64,000 nucleotides of DNA from Paraspadella gotoi (taxonomy: Eukaryota > Animalia > Chaetognatha), in NCBI GenBank assembly GCA_051294375.1, contig CM119271.1, positions 9,758,291 to 9,822,290 of the forward strand, written 5' to 3'. Numbering within the stretch: the first letter of the stretch is position 1; every line of letters begins with the position of its first letter. The notes under the pieces are model-generated. The model was not told the DNA's origin. It saw nothing but the letters and a program-made list of their open reading frames with translations, and did not search any database. Below, piece after piece: positions 36,710 through 49,499 of this stretch. The translations under genes were made by a program, and so were the position numbers.

Positions 36710-36911
36710 TAAGCAGTCCCCGGAGCTTCGGATCCAAGGCGTTAACAACTATGGTTACAGGCGGGTTAAGCGCCCCGTCCCTCTTAACTGCCAGACGATA
36801 CCGGCTTGAACCCCATGACCTTTGCGTTGGGAGGCGAATGTCTTGCCTCCGGCACCAATGGCCCGCTGATGATTCAGTTGGGTGGATTTTAGTCCACCAT
36901 AATATCTTGTT
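36710..36911 (+). mobile_element. Helentron/DINE-like 3' end containing an antisense tRNA-Gly-like head
   Basis: Hairpin GGTGGA-ttttag-TCCACC followed by ataataTCTTGTT, as at DINE-1 3' ends. Minus strand 36862-36803 reads CATTGGTG…TTCGCCTCCCAACGC…GGGTTCAAGCC, resembling tRNA-Gly with a B box. Confidence 0.5.
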
Positions 36912-38895
36912 ATTAGGCAACAGTAGGGAACATAAATTAACCCACTAAAGCCTGCCCAAATGTTACGGTTGTTCAAGATGCTTGTTTATTGAAGTAATAT
37001 AGAATTTCTAATTTTGGTTAGTGATTATTTCATTCCATAGATTTAGATTTAAATTCTGGTTGTAATCTCTAGCGTTTCAAAACATGCTTTCATAAAAAAA
37101 GCACTCGGTCCACCCGGCGCCGTCCGCCGATTAGCCACACGCGAAAGACCCGGATTGAGAGAAACGCACGTTCGACCTTATCCCGTCGTCTTTTTAAGGT
37201 TTCATCTCGGGTTAGGTTTTTTTTTAAAAGTTGATTCCTTTAAAAATCTAATGAAAAAGCTTATATAAATGTTTTTTCGTGCATTTCATGAAAACATAAT
37301 AAGCAGAAGAGAGAGGCAAGTTTGCAAAGTCCATAGCCCCCTATGGAGAAATTAGTGTCCTTTGTCTTGGGCCTTGTAAATGACATCCATGCTCTCTTTA
37401 TTGCCCAATACTGATTAAATTGTCATATTTCCATCGTTTGTCCTAAATTACTTAGTTTTGGGCTCGAAGTAAAAATAACTTATAGCTTTTGATCCCTGTA
37501 TGGCTTCTACTACATAAATGCTTAAGTTGCGTTATAAACTCAGTTCACACAATTTTTTTTCCTCTCTTCGCCCGCTTAAGCTTCTATGATTTTTAATAAT
37601 CTCTCTCTCTCTCTCTCTTCTCTCTTCTCTCCTCTCTCTCTCTCTCTCTTCTGAGCGTTGACCTTTAAGAACGCCCTTTGACTATAACATCGACGGTTGT
37701 AAAAGCCATTTTTTTCTTTAATCTAAACTTTCCCTTGCCTTTCCTTTTTTTTTTCTCATTCCTTTTTTTTTCACTATTCCTTTCTTCTGATTTCTTTTTT
37801 TTCCCTTCCCTTTTCCTTTTTTCATTTGGCCATTTTCCTTTTTTTTATAATAATATATTTTTTACAGTTTTTTCTGTTTAATCTCGTATTTTATATTCTT
37901 GTCCGTTTAGGTTTTATTTTTTTTTATTTTATAACCTTTCTTTCCTGATGTTGTTGGTCTTTCGAACGATTTAAGACAAGCGCCAAAACAATTCCAATAA
38001 TAAACCGATTTTAGATTCCTTACCCCGCCTCAGCTAACCCCACTTACCCTAAAAAATCCCTAAAAATTCAGTTAGCCTTAATTTTTTTCAGAACGCATTT
38101 CGTCTTAAATTAGGAATTAAAATTATTTTTTAGGTTTAAAAGACTAAGGTTAAGTTAGCGTTAGGAATTATGTAAGTTAAGACTTAAGTAAGGATGAGTC
38201 TAAAGATAGGTTAGGTTTGGTTAGAAAAGTTTGGACTAGAAATTAGATTCAGGCTTTTAGAATGGTTAGGGTTAAAGTTTAATAGTTGGCTTAAGAATTA
38301 GGTTTTGTGTTAAGGAATATTAGGGGTTAGGGATTGAGTGATAAAATTTGGAAAATAGATTAAAGGTTAATATAAAGTTTAAATTCAAGTTCGACAAGAC
38401 GAAACTGTTTGTTTGGATAGAAATAAATGCAAATCACTACCCATTGTTTGTTTTGAATCGACTCCATTGTTGTTTTTTTATTTTTTTTTTTGCAATATCG
38501 ACTACCAGTTGTTTTGTTTGTTTTTTTTTTCGGTTGGAAGAAAATAATTCTCTTTTTTTTTCTTTTCCTAAAATTTCATAAAAAAAATAATAAAAAAAAT
38601 TCTACATAATAGAGGGCTCTGTACGTCTTTCCCTTTCCCCTCGTTCCGTCTTCATCTCTTCTCCTCCTCTCTCCCCTCCTCCTCCTCCTCTCCTCCTCCC
38701 TTACCTCATTATATCGGTGATTCGGCCCCTTTTTTGAACGATCGCCTTTCCACGTCTCGTTCTTTTTGAACTCAGAGCTCCGACCTCTTCGACCCGCTCA
38801 AAAAAAAAAGCGTCAAGGCGTCACCGGACGGGCGAACGTCTCGTGCGCGAAAACGTGTCACTCGAAACCGCAGGTGAGGAGAGAGCGAGAGAAGA

Positions 38896-38952
<57 letters not shown>

Positions 38953-39329
38953 CTGAAGGGTTTGTCCCATCGTGTCACGAAAACAAAATTTCGTCCCTCG
39001 ACTCCGAAGTCTGAAATTATATGAAAGTGTTTCTCGCCCCCCCCCCCCGCCCACGCCCCACCTTTAACCGTTCACCTCCCCCCTTCTCCTCCCCCCCCCC
39101 CCCTCTCCTCCCCCGACCCTTCTCCTCCCCCCTTCTCTCTTTCCCCAACTATATCCTCCCCCCCTCCCATGATCTCTTCCTCCTATCGACCAATCGGCTT
39201 GCCATAATAAAAAACATCAATAAGTATTATCGGTACACGAAGGAAGCGCGAAAAAAAAAGCAAAAAAGGAAAAAAAAGAACACAATAACAAAGAGTAGTT
39301 AAACGTACAATCAGGACGAAGAATGAGTT

Positions 39330-39360
<31 letters not shown>

Positions 39361-39642
39361 GAAGAATTTAAAAAAAAAAGTCGGACGAGTTTTGAGTATG
39401 TGCTTTAAAGTTAAATAGGTGTTGTAGTTTTTCACGTGAGATTTTTTTTCTCCTTTACCAAAGTTCGAACGAATTCTAGTTAAATGTTAGTTTGTTTTTT
39501 GTATAATATGATTAATTCAGTTGAATAAAAAAATTGCCAAACTTCTCTTGTGATCTTCTCCAACCGCAAGTGAGAGAACCTTGTGTTTCTATAGAATAAC
39601 ACTCCGTTGCGGAGGAGAGGGCAATATCAAGATATTTAGGTG

Positions 39643-39719
<77 letters not shown>

Positions 39720-39939
39720 CGAAGACGACTCTTTTTTGTACTTTCTTACCTATTATACCTCATCCTCTTTAACCAACTTAATCGCAACTTAATCCAACTT
39801 AATCTAAGCATAATCTCTCAAACTCTTGAAATTCAACCAAATTCGTTTCGTCGCCTTCGTCACATGACCGACTCAATCTTCCGGAGTTCAACTCTGGAGT
39901 TAGCAGCGCCCCGCCCGCCCCCTTTTCAACCCCCATTCA

Positions 39940-40540
39940 TTTAGATTTCACCACATAGGAAATCCCCTTTCCACCTCTACCTCCTACCCCGTAAATCCGC
40001 TCCTCTACCCCTCCCAAGATTCCCTCCCACCCCCAGTAGTCCCTTTCACACCCCCCTTATAATCTTCTTTCCACCCCCAGAATCCTTGATCTAACCCATA
40101 AAATCCCCTTCCACACCCCAATCCCCCTTTCTAACCACCGAGAAATCCCGTCCATCCCATTAATCCTCTTTCCACCCCTAGATCCTTTTCCACCCCCCTC
40201 CCAAAAATTCCCCTTCCAACCGCATCCCCAGATCCTCCTTCAACCCTTCGACCCTCTTTTCACTCCCATATATTCTATTTTCCCCCTCAAAAACTCCTCT
40301 TCCACCCCCAAGAATTCCGTTTCCACCCCAATTAATGCTTCCTCCCACTAGCAACCCCCAAGAATTCCATTCCCCCCCCACACAAAATTCTCTCTTTCCA
40401 CCCCCTTTCAGACCCCGTAATCCCTCCTCCACCCCCCATATTTTTCCCCCCCCCCACCCCCCAAAATCCTCTCCCTCCCCCACACCCCACAATTTCCATT
40501 CCACACCCCCCAACCTCTCTCCCGCCCCCCCAACCGTCCA
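39940..40540. repeat. C-rich ~20 bp degenerate minisatellite
   Basis: Many units of the form (g)aaatcccct-ttccaccccc(a). The minus strand is G-run rich. Confidence 0.85.
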
Positions 40541-41149
40541 TAAATTCTTCGTCATCCAAAGCTTTTCTTTTCTTCCAAGAATTGAAGCTTTTTTATCGCA
40601 TCGTCGCGTCGAGATCTTGCGGGGTTTTTGGGGGGGGGCGGGTTAACCGAAGGGGGGGAGTTGTGAGATTCGGGGCTATGGTTTTTTTTTTTTTTTTTTT
40701 TTTGAGGGTGGATTTCAAGACTTGGTGAGCTAAATCTTTTTTTTTCGGTGGCGCGCTTTTTTTTGTTTTTTTGTTTGTATGTATGTATAATAGTATATAA
40801 ATATATACATGTATCATTTCACTATAAACTTCATAGATACCACTGGATCGCTTTCCAATTTTCAATTTTATTTTTTCATTAAGCTTAAAATTTTTTTTTT
40901 TTTTCATTGACACCAAATGTATTTTTGTTATTATCGTTATGCATTTCTTAATCACTTCAATGATTACTTTTTCGTCGTCCATTATTTATCATTTTAACCA
41001 AATTCTTTATCAATATCACCATAGGGATCACTATCACCATCTCACCATAATAATCACCATAAGCGTCATCTCTTTATCATCATCGTCGTTAGAGAGAAAG
41101 TCTCGGCTTCCATTCTGGGGTCAGAACCCATAACGCTCTCCATGGACGA

Positions 41150-41565
41150 TCTTGTTGCCACGCCCTCTTTCTTTCTTTCTTATCGTTTGTCGCTCGTTCG
41201 CTCTCTTTCTTTCTTTTCTTTTCTTTTTTAATTCTTTCTTTTCTTCTTTTATTCTTTCTATCTCTTTCTTTCTTTCTTTTCTTTCTTCTTTCTTTTCTTT
41301 CCTTATCTTCTTCTTTCTTTCTTTTCGTTATCGTTGTGCTCGTTCGCTCCTCTTTCTTTCTTTTCTTTTTTCTTTTTTCTCTCTCTTCTTTCTTTCTTTC
41401 TTCTTTCTTATCTTTTTTTTTCTTTCTCTCCTCTCTTTCTTTCTTTCTTTCTTCTTCTTTCTTTCTTTCTTTCTTCTTTTCTTTTCTTTTTTTCCTTTCT
41501 TTCTTTCTTATTCTCTCTTCTTTCTTTCTTTCTTTCTTTCTCTCCCTTCTCCTCTCTCTCTCTGT
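41150..41565. repeat. (CTTT)n-type pyrimidine tract
   Basis: Directly visible. The overlapping ORFs are low-complexity translations. Confidence 0.9.
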
Positions 41566-41734
41566 CAACTTTTTAACTTTTTAACTTCGCCTCAACCGTG
41601 ACCATGTAACCATAACCACCACTCAAAGCCGGCTGCCAATCCTTTCCTTATCCCCGTGGCAAATCAAAAATCGTTGCACCGGGACAGTCCCGAGTTCGTT
41701 CCCGGCGTCATCGCTGGATTTCCCGGATGGGATG

Positions 41735-41900
41735 TTTTAAATTCCGGTCCAACGACAACATGAACGAGTATACGATTATGGATTGGAAAGCCAAGTACTC
41801 TGGGAGTGACTAAACAAGACTGCGAGAGGTTCTTGATTGAATCATGCTTGGCCCTGTCTATGTCATTACCTTGTAACAGTGATGGAAGCCGTAAACGACA
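41735..41900 (+). mobile_element. Possible C-terminal remnant of a Penelope GIY-YIG endonuclease
   Basis: Stitched frames give NMNEYTIMDWKAK / LGVTKQDCERFLIESCLALSMSLPCNSDG, like the PLE pattern H..DW..AKVL……R…ES…….N.D.G. Confidence 0.35.
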
Positions 41901-42260
41901 AAACCTGTCCAAAGTCAGGGGCAAACTAGCTCATTTACTAAATTAAAGCATTATTTTTACATGTGTTTATACCGATTTCACGCACATCAGTTCTTCCGCA
42001 ACAAGGAAGCCACTCCAGACATGCCTGCTCACCTTCCTCCTTATATTCAGCCCCTTAACCACTTTCAACCCCCCCCACCCACATCCTCCGATCATCGCCG
42101 CCCACCCCCCTTCCCTTTTCTCCCCCGCTCCCCCCTTAATTTCCCTCCGACTCTGGGAAGGAACATGAATTTCAAATTTATGGATCTTCGTGCAGAGACT
42201 CGTATTTCATTCTCAATCTTCTCCCCGCCCGACAAAAACCCGAAAACTGCTGTCGGTCTT

Positions 42261-42312
<52 letters not shown>

Positions 42313-42313
42313 A

Positions 42314-42346
<33 letters not shown>

Positions 42347-43306
42347 GAGAGGGGAGGAAGAGGAGGAAAGAATTTGGACGCAGAGGTAGGGGTAGCCGCA
42401 CTCAATGGGCGTGAGTCCAAAAATTTAGAGTGAGTAACATGCTCAACGATATTTAGCATTTTTAAGAATACCTTTCAAATGGACAATAAAATTTCTAATA
42501 TGGCTCTATACCCTAGTAATTAATTTTTTAAATATTTTAATTTATAGATAGGAAAGGCCAAAAATTTTTTTTTTAATTTTTAATTTTAAGAACCCTAGAT
42601 TCAAGATAGCTCATAAAGTAAATGGATTCTTTTTTAAAATATTTTATGATAAGTGTTGTCAAAAATAAGAAAAAAACTATAAAAAATCATCCATCATCAT
42701 CATCTTTCGATGATTTTATCAAGTTTTTTTATATTTTCAACTTAAAAAAACGTAAGAATTTTTAAAAAAGCTTTAAATTATATTTCTTGTTTTAACTTTT
42801 TTAATGCTCTATCAGAATCCATCAAAAAATTTAAGATTTTAAAAAAAATATTTTTTGCTCTATATAGTAATATAATATTTTTAATTAGGCGAGTAACTCA
42901 GAGAAAGCATTTTGACAAAAAATATTTAATACAAATCTATTGGTCATTTATAGATTATTTTAACGCTTATACATTAAGCATTTAAATTTCATCGCTATAG
43001 GCTAGCAGAGGCAGGTGGCTTTGTGACGTCCCTGGAGATTTCGAGTGTGGACTTTTGCCCCGGTTGGAATTTGCGTGGTCATGTGGAAAGGAGCGTGGTC
43101 GAGAGACGTTGAGCGATTGAGCTACGATCTTTAATTATTTAAAACCAGAAACCAACTCTCTTTAATTAATTATTAAAAATAGAAAGAAAATATGTATCAT
43201 GAAACAATAAGAATTATCTATGAAATTGGTACAACCTATATGAAAATTATATAATTTAATTTAATTTGCAATATTGGAAACCTTGAGATTTTTTCGTTTT
43301 TTCACC

Positions 43307-43349
<43 letters not shown>

Positions 43350-45904
43350 TTCCGCCTTTCTTCCTAACCTTTTCCGCGAGATAACAGCGCATCGCAGAAC
43401 AATCGGTTCTTGTCCTCCGCATTTTACGGCGATTGCTTCCCGTAAGGAGATCACACTGATTCTTCGCTTTACGAGTTATCTCATCTTCAGAATTAATCGT
43501 AACGGTTCGACGTTATTACATCGGATAATTCACGTTTGATTAATAAGTATCAACTTTATTCACCTTAGATCTTCAAGTCGAAAGAGTTTATATAGAAACG
43601 TTACAATTTACGCCGCTTCATTGATAGGTAAACATTTAAATAGCCTAAAATATATATATATATATATTCATATTTATTTAGGGGGATTATTTGTAATTAA
43701 ACTGGTTGCGCCAATTTCATACGAATTTTACTTCACATTACGTATTTTGTACATGAGATTTACCCGAATCCCAACCGTCGTAAAGTGGCTTACTTCTTCA
43801 GTTACTCACTTTTCCAATCGAAAATCTCGGGTTTTTTTTTCAAAATTGGGGAGGGACCTCTACACCCAAGTTAGTCGGGAAAGTACCACGCCGGTCGGGA
43901 GTCGTCAATTTCCACCGGAAGTCAGTATGTCAGTATGTCCGTCCGTAATCGGCAGTTAAGCGGAAAAACGAGCTCAAAATTTAGCGCTCAGATGCTCCGA
44001 CCTACTATATGAACGTTTTTAACTTTGAGACTTTAAAATAAACCTTGTCCGAGTATTCCTTACTCTCTGTCCTTACCGCCGGTTTTAATAACGCTCGGCT
44101 CGGCTCGCAAAAGCCGCTCTCCCGCCGATGAACCAGCTCACCCGGCTTTCTCTCCCCCCCCCCGAAAATATAGCTCCTTTCCTCTAAATTTTCTCTTCTC
44201 TTCCTCCTTTTAATATTTAAGATTCATTTTCTCTCTTCTAAAAAAATTGGGAGGATTTTTCTTCTTTTTCTTATTCTCTCTCTAGAGTTTGATTAATGAA
44301 GGGAAGGATCGTCGTCGTCGTCGTCGTCGTCGTCGTCATTGTCGTCAAATTCATCGTCGCCATCTTTGTCGTCATAGTTGTCGTCATTCTATAGTAGTGT
44401 CTTTAGTAGTGTCTATAGTGTCATTAGTATATTGTCGGTAGTGTCTTTTTTGTCTTCGTTGTCACTGTTATCGTCGTTATTGTCGCTGTCTTGTCCTGGT
44501 CTATTTCTGTCGTCGTCGTCGTCGTCGTCGTCGCGGCCGCCCTCCGGTGATCCAGTGATCCCGGAAATTTACTTAATCCTCTTCCGTGATTTTCGTCATA
44601 ATATATGGCAAATGTACATATTGTAACAGATTATTTTGAAAAAAAAAGATCATTTTAATCCAAGGCGTAGCAAAAGCGAAGCGCAAAGTAGTTACGTCAA
44701 TCACCATGTTATTATTCCCCCCCTGCAAAAAAAAAAAAAAAACAATTAAGAGAAAAAACTGAAACAAAAAAAAAACATAAACGAATAGAAAACAAAACAA
44801 AAATAAAAAATCAAACAAAAACAAACAGTAAAACAAAACAAACAAAACCCCCAAAAAATATAAACAAACTATACAAAACTCAAATTAAAATAAGAAACAA
44901 AAACAAAACATAGAAAATAAAACAAAACAAACCTTCCCCCCCCCTCCCAAAAAACATTTCCTCCGTCGCGTTTTGTCGTTCTTCTGTGAACTCTGACGTC
45001 ACTCCGTTTCCGGCGCCGAGACTCCGGACGACCTTTTCCAAAGCGGTACTTAACCGGCGACAGGGCAGCGGCGGGAAAGCCGCTGCTGCTTAGATGCTGC
45101 CGTGGCTGCGGCGGCTGGCCCAGACGCCGGGGCGCGGCAGCATGACTGATTGGAACCGTGACGGGAAGGAAGTTTCTCTTCGAAGGCGAAAGGGATGAAG
45201 AGGTCGTAACTTTGTTGCCAAATCGAATCCACGTCGTTTTTGCTCGTTTTCGTGTGGGCGGGTACGATCTTCCGTGGAGATTCATCTTCTAGGATACGCA
45301 CGGTAGAGTGTTGTCCCATTTATTTTTTGTTTTTTTTTTTTTTTTTTTTTCTCTGATTTTTTCGGCCTCTGTTCTTGTTTGTCGGCTACTTGATTGTCTG
45401 TGGGGTGGGGGGGTTGGGGGAGGTGGTTGGTGAGTTTGGGGGGGTGGGTTGGTGGGGGTTTGGTGGGGTGGTTTGACGACCATAGTGGGAAATAGACTTG
45501 GATTCGACGACAACACGTCCGCGTACCATGGCGGTGGGTTTGGCGGTGAGACTGGTGGCGTGGGGACGAGTGAGTTTGGAATTGTTGAGTGGACGTGACG
45601 GTTGCGTGGGCGCCAGCACGTTACTCCGTGCAGACAAAATGAGCACCCTCCAAATAACCCCGGCTCATCGCAGGCGGTTTTTGTTTTTCTTTTTTTTTTT
45701 ATTCAGGTCTTAGTGATCGGCGTCGCTGGTCTTGTTGACGACTTTTGTTAGGTTGTTAAGCGTGGGTATGAACGAGTTGCCTTGTCCGGGTGTAGCACGG
45801 AGCTGTGGTTAGTTCTTCGTGGGTATAGCGTCGTGGTTTCGTGTAGTGAATGTCAAACGACTCTTGCTATTTCTTACTTTCAATTTTTGTTAAACCCAAA
45901 ACGC

Positions 45905-45945
45905 AGCCTCGTCTCTTCTCTCTCCTCTCCCTCTCTCTCTTCCCA

Positions 45946-45988
<43 letters not shown>

Positions 45989-46252
45989 CTTTCGCCTCTC
46001 TCTCTCTCTATTTCCTCTCTCTCTCTCTCTCTCTCTCCTCTCTCTCTCCCTCTTTCTCTCTCTCTCTGCTTCTCTTCTCCCTCTCTCTCTCTCTTCTCTC
46101 CTCTTTCATCTCTCTCTCTCATCTTCTCCTCTCTCTCTTCTCTCTCTCTTCTCTCTCTCTCTCTTTTCCCTCCCCTCTCTTCTCTCTCTCTCTTCTCTCT
46201 CTCTCTCTCTCGCTCTCTCTCTCCTCTACTCCCTCTCTCTCTTCTTATCTTC

Positions 46253-46316
<64 letters not shown>

Positions 46317-46340
46317 AGTCTCTCTCTCTCTTTCTCTAAA
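45905..46340. repeat. Long imperfect (CT)n microsatellite
   Basis: About 430 bp of CT repeats. Similar (GA/CT)n tracts lie near 19990, 28820, 30240, 38880, 39640, 42260, 48176, 49405, 56770, 57945 and 59155. Confidence 0.95.
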
Positions 46341-46424
46341 AATCGGTTCCATATTTGATCTTTCGTCTCTGATCCCTCGAGCGCCCTCGGGCGACCAGGA
46401 GGGATCATCGCTAAGACGCTGGAA

Positions 46425-46458
<34 letters not shown>

Positions 46459-46759
46459 TCTTTGTCTCGACCCCGGCCGGCGTCATTTTGGGGTCCAAAA
46501 CCGGGGCCGCTATCTGGGCCAAAATGATGGGGCTCCATTGTTGGCCTTCTTTGGGTTAAGGACAGTTATTCTAGGCTGTTTTAAAGGCCAGAAAAATTCG
46601 TTATTCAATGTTAAATGTTGAAAGGTTAAAAAAGGTTCACACATCGTGGATTTCGATAGTTTCTATAAAGCCTTACCTTCTATTTGTTGCAAGAAAATGA
46701 AATATATATTGTCGCATTGTAAGAAGCCCTTTTAAAAATATAACGTGAAAAATACAACA

Positions 46760-47040
46760 AACAAGAACGGTAATTCAAATGTGTTGCGCCGCAGTGACTT
46801 TCTCTTCACGTGTATTTATTTATTTATTTATTTTATTCTGTAAAGTTTTAGGATTTCCTGAAGGCGGCGCTAGCAGTCGCTTAGTTTTGAGTTTTTTTCT
46901 TGTCTTAACAAATGAGAAATCAACTTTGGGCATTTTTAACGTAAGTGAAACAGACCGACGGACAGAGATACCGACCGACCGACCGACCGAAAAGTGACTT
47001 ATGGAGCTGCTCCGCGAGTACTCGCGGCGCAACTAAAAAA
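46760..47040 (-). mobile_element. HINE/DINE-1-like non-autonomous Helentron (~280 bp); mirror copy 49625-49905
   Basis: Subterminal inverted repeats GTTGCGCCGC (46783) and GCGGCGCAAC (~47024). Palindrome gctccgcgagtactcgcggcgc, (GACC)n microsatellite, AACAAG at one end and an A run at the other. Confidence 0.75.
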
Positions 47041-47964
47041 TGGAATAAAATCCTAACAGGTCTTCGCCGTCANNNNNNNNNNNNNNNNNTCTCTCTCGAA
47101 TTCCAAGATGACCTTTTGAGACAGAGCGTCTTGAGTTTTGCCCTTTCTCCAAGACTTTATCGCTGGCCCGATCCTTAACTCAGTTTTCCCTTCTTCTCTA
47201 TGGCTCCTTTCCTAGATCCAAGTCTATTGTTAATTTTCGGCTTCATTTTAATCGTTCGTTTCCGTTGTTCCGTTTCCTCGTTCGTTTCCATCGTTTTTTA
47301 ACACGTTAATTTTCATTGTTCTGTATCCTTGTTTGTTTCTATTCTTTATGTTAAATCTTGTTCTCTTTTTAGCACTTTTCCTTTGTTCGTTTTCTAGTTC
47401 ATTTCCAATGTTCTGGTTCCTTGTTCCTTTACATTTCTCATTTTGTTGGTGTCTTCTATTGTTTATTTCTTACTTTCTTTCCAAAGTAAGCTCCTTATTC
47501 TTTATCAAAGTTTGTTTCTTTATTCATTGTTATATTTCGTTTCCTTGTTCAGTTCCAGTCTTCATTTCCCTGTTCGTTACCCTGTTCATTTTCCTCATTA
47601 ATTTGTTCCATTGGTCTCTCATTTCCGGTTGCCAAAAAGCTCGCGGTCAGTTTTTGACAAACAACTCTTGATGCCAATCGATCACCAAAATTCCATCGCA
47701 AGAGACTTAATCCTTTCCACAAAAATAAAAAAATGTTTTAAAATTATATATACTATACATTATATTAACAACTCGATATTTCCTTTCGTTACGCCCGTAC
47801 TCGTACGGGCCCCGGCCCCCGTACGTCTAATCCCGTCAACCAATTTTATTTTCTGACGTACGTAAGCTTTTAGACCAAAAGCGAAGATTACGCTAATAAC
47901 ATCATAATTCATATTTTAGAACGGCGGCCATCGTTAACGGCGTATATATCGCGAGAGAGGCTCG

Positions 47965-48035
47965 GCTGGCAGCGGCGGGCGGCTGGCGGCTGGCGGCTGG
48001 CGGCTGGCGGCGGGCGGCTGGCGGCTGGCGGCGCC
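47965..48035. repeat. (GGCGGCT)n 7-mer repeat; inverted copies 48410-48540 and 63940-64000
   Basis: Directly visible. Unit number differs between copies. Confidence 0.95.
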
Positions 48036-48174
48036 ATACATTTCCCTTTTCCATCTCCGTCAACTTCGCATCTTTCTGACCGAAAAATTCCGTCCGGCGT
48101 CAGTACGTCCGTTCGTCCATTCGTCAGGCATGTCTAGTTTGAAGTTGATTAACCGCTATTCAGAAGGAACGACG

Positions 48175-48265
<91 letters not shown>

Positions 48266-49404
48266 GAGAGTATAATGGAAGAGAGTATCAGTGACATTGA
48301 AGGATGCGCTGTGGGCCGGACGAATGGACGAACGGACGTACTGACGCCGGACGGAATTTTTGGTCAGAAAGATGCGAAGTTGACGGAGATGGAAAAGGGA
48401 AATGTATGGCGCCGCAGCCGCCCGCCGCCCGCCGCAGCCGCCAGCCGCCAGCCGCCAGCCGCCAGCCGCAAGCCGCCAGCCGCCAGCCGCCAGCCGCCAG
48501 CCGCCCAGCCGCCAGCCGCCAGCCGCCCGCCGCTGCCAGCCGAGCCTCTCTCGCGATATATACGCCGTTAACGATGGCCGCCGTTCTAAAATATGAATTA
48601 TGATGTTATTAGCGTAATCTTCGCTTTTGGTCTAAAAAGCTTACGTACGTCAGAAATAAAATTGGTTGACGGGATTAGACGTACGGGGGCGGGGCTCGTA
48701 CGAGTACGGGCGTAACGAAAGGAAAATATCGAGTTGTTAATACAATGTATAGTATATATAATTTTTAAAACATTTTTTTATTTTTGTGGAAAGGATTAAG
48801 TCTCTTGGATGGAATTTTGGTGATCGATTGGCATCAGAGTTGCTTGTCAAAAAACTGACCGCGGCTTTTTTGGCAACCGTAAATGAGAGACCAATGGAAC
48901 AATTAATGAGGAAAATGAACAGGGTAACGAACAGGGAAATGAAGACTGGAACTGAACAAGGAACGAATATAACAATGAATAAAGAAACAAACTTTGATAA
49001 AAATAGGAGCTTACTTTGGAAAGAAAGTGAGAAATAAACAATAGAAGACACCAAACAAATGAAGAAATGTAAAGTGAACAAGGAACCAGAACATTGGAAA
49101 TGAACTAGAAAAACGAACAAAGGAAAAGTGCTAAAAAGAGAACAAGATTTAACATAAAGAATAGAAACAAACAAGGATACAGAACAATGAAAATTTAAAC
49201 GTGTTAAAAACGATGGAAACGAACGAGGAAACGGAACAACGGAAAGAACGATTAAAATGAAGCCGAAAATTAACAATAGACTTGGATCTAGGAAAGGAGC
49301 CATAGAGAAGAAGGGAAAACTGAGTTAAGGATCGGGCCAGCGATAAAGTCTTGGAGAAAGGGCAAAACTCAAGACGCTCTGTCTCAAAAGGTCATCTTGA
49401 ATTC

Positions 49405-49499
<95 letters not shown>

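Noticed and set aside
41089-46538. Many long F/L/S-rich or R/E/K-rich ORFs here and at 52968-54017, 56678-59235 and 61125-61746
   Set aside because: Translations of (CT)n, (CTTT)n and pentamer microsatellites, which lack stop codons by composition.
48737-49303. 188 aa hydrophobic multi-TM-looking ORF (and 47333..47671)
   Set aside because: The frame is not conserved between the two palindrome arms. Hydrophobicity follows from a T-rich degenerate repeat.
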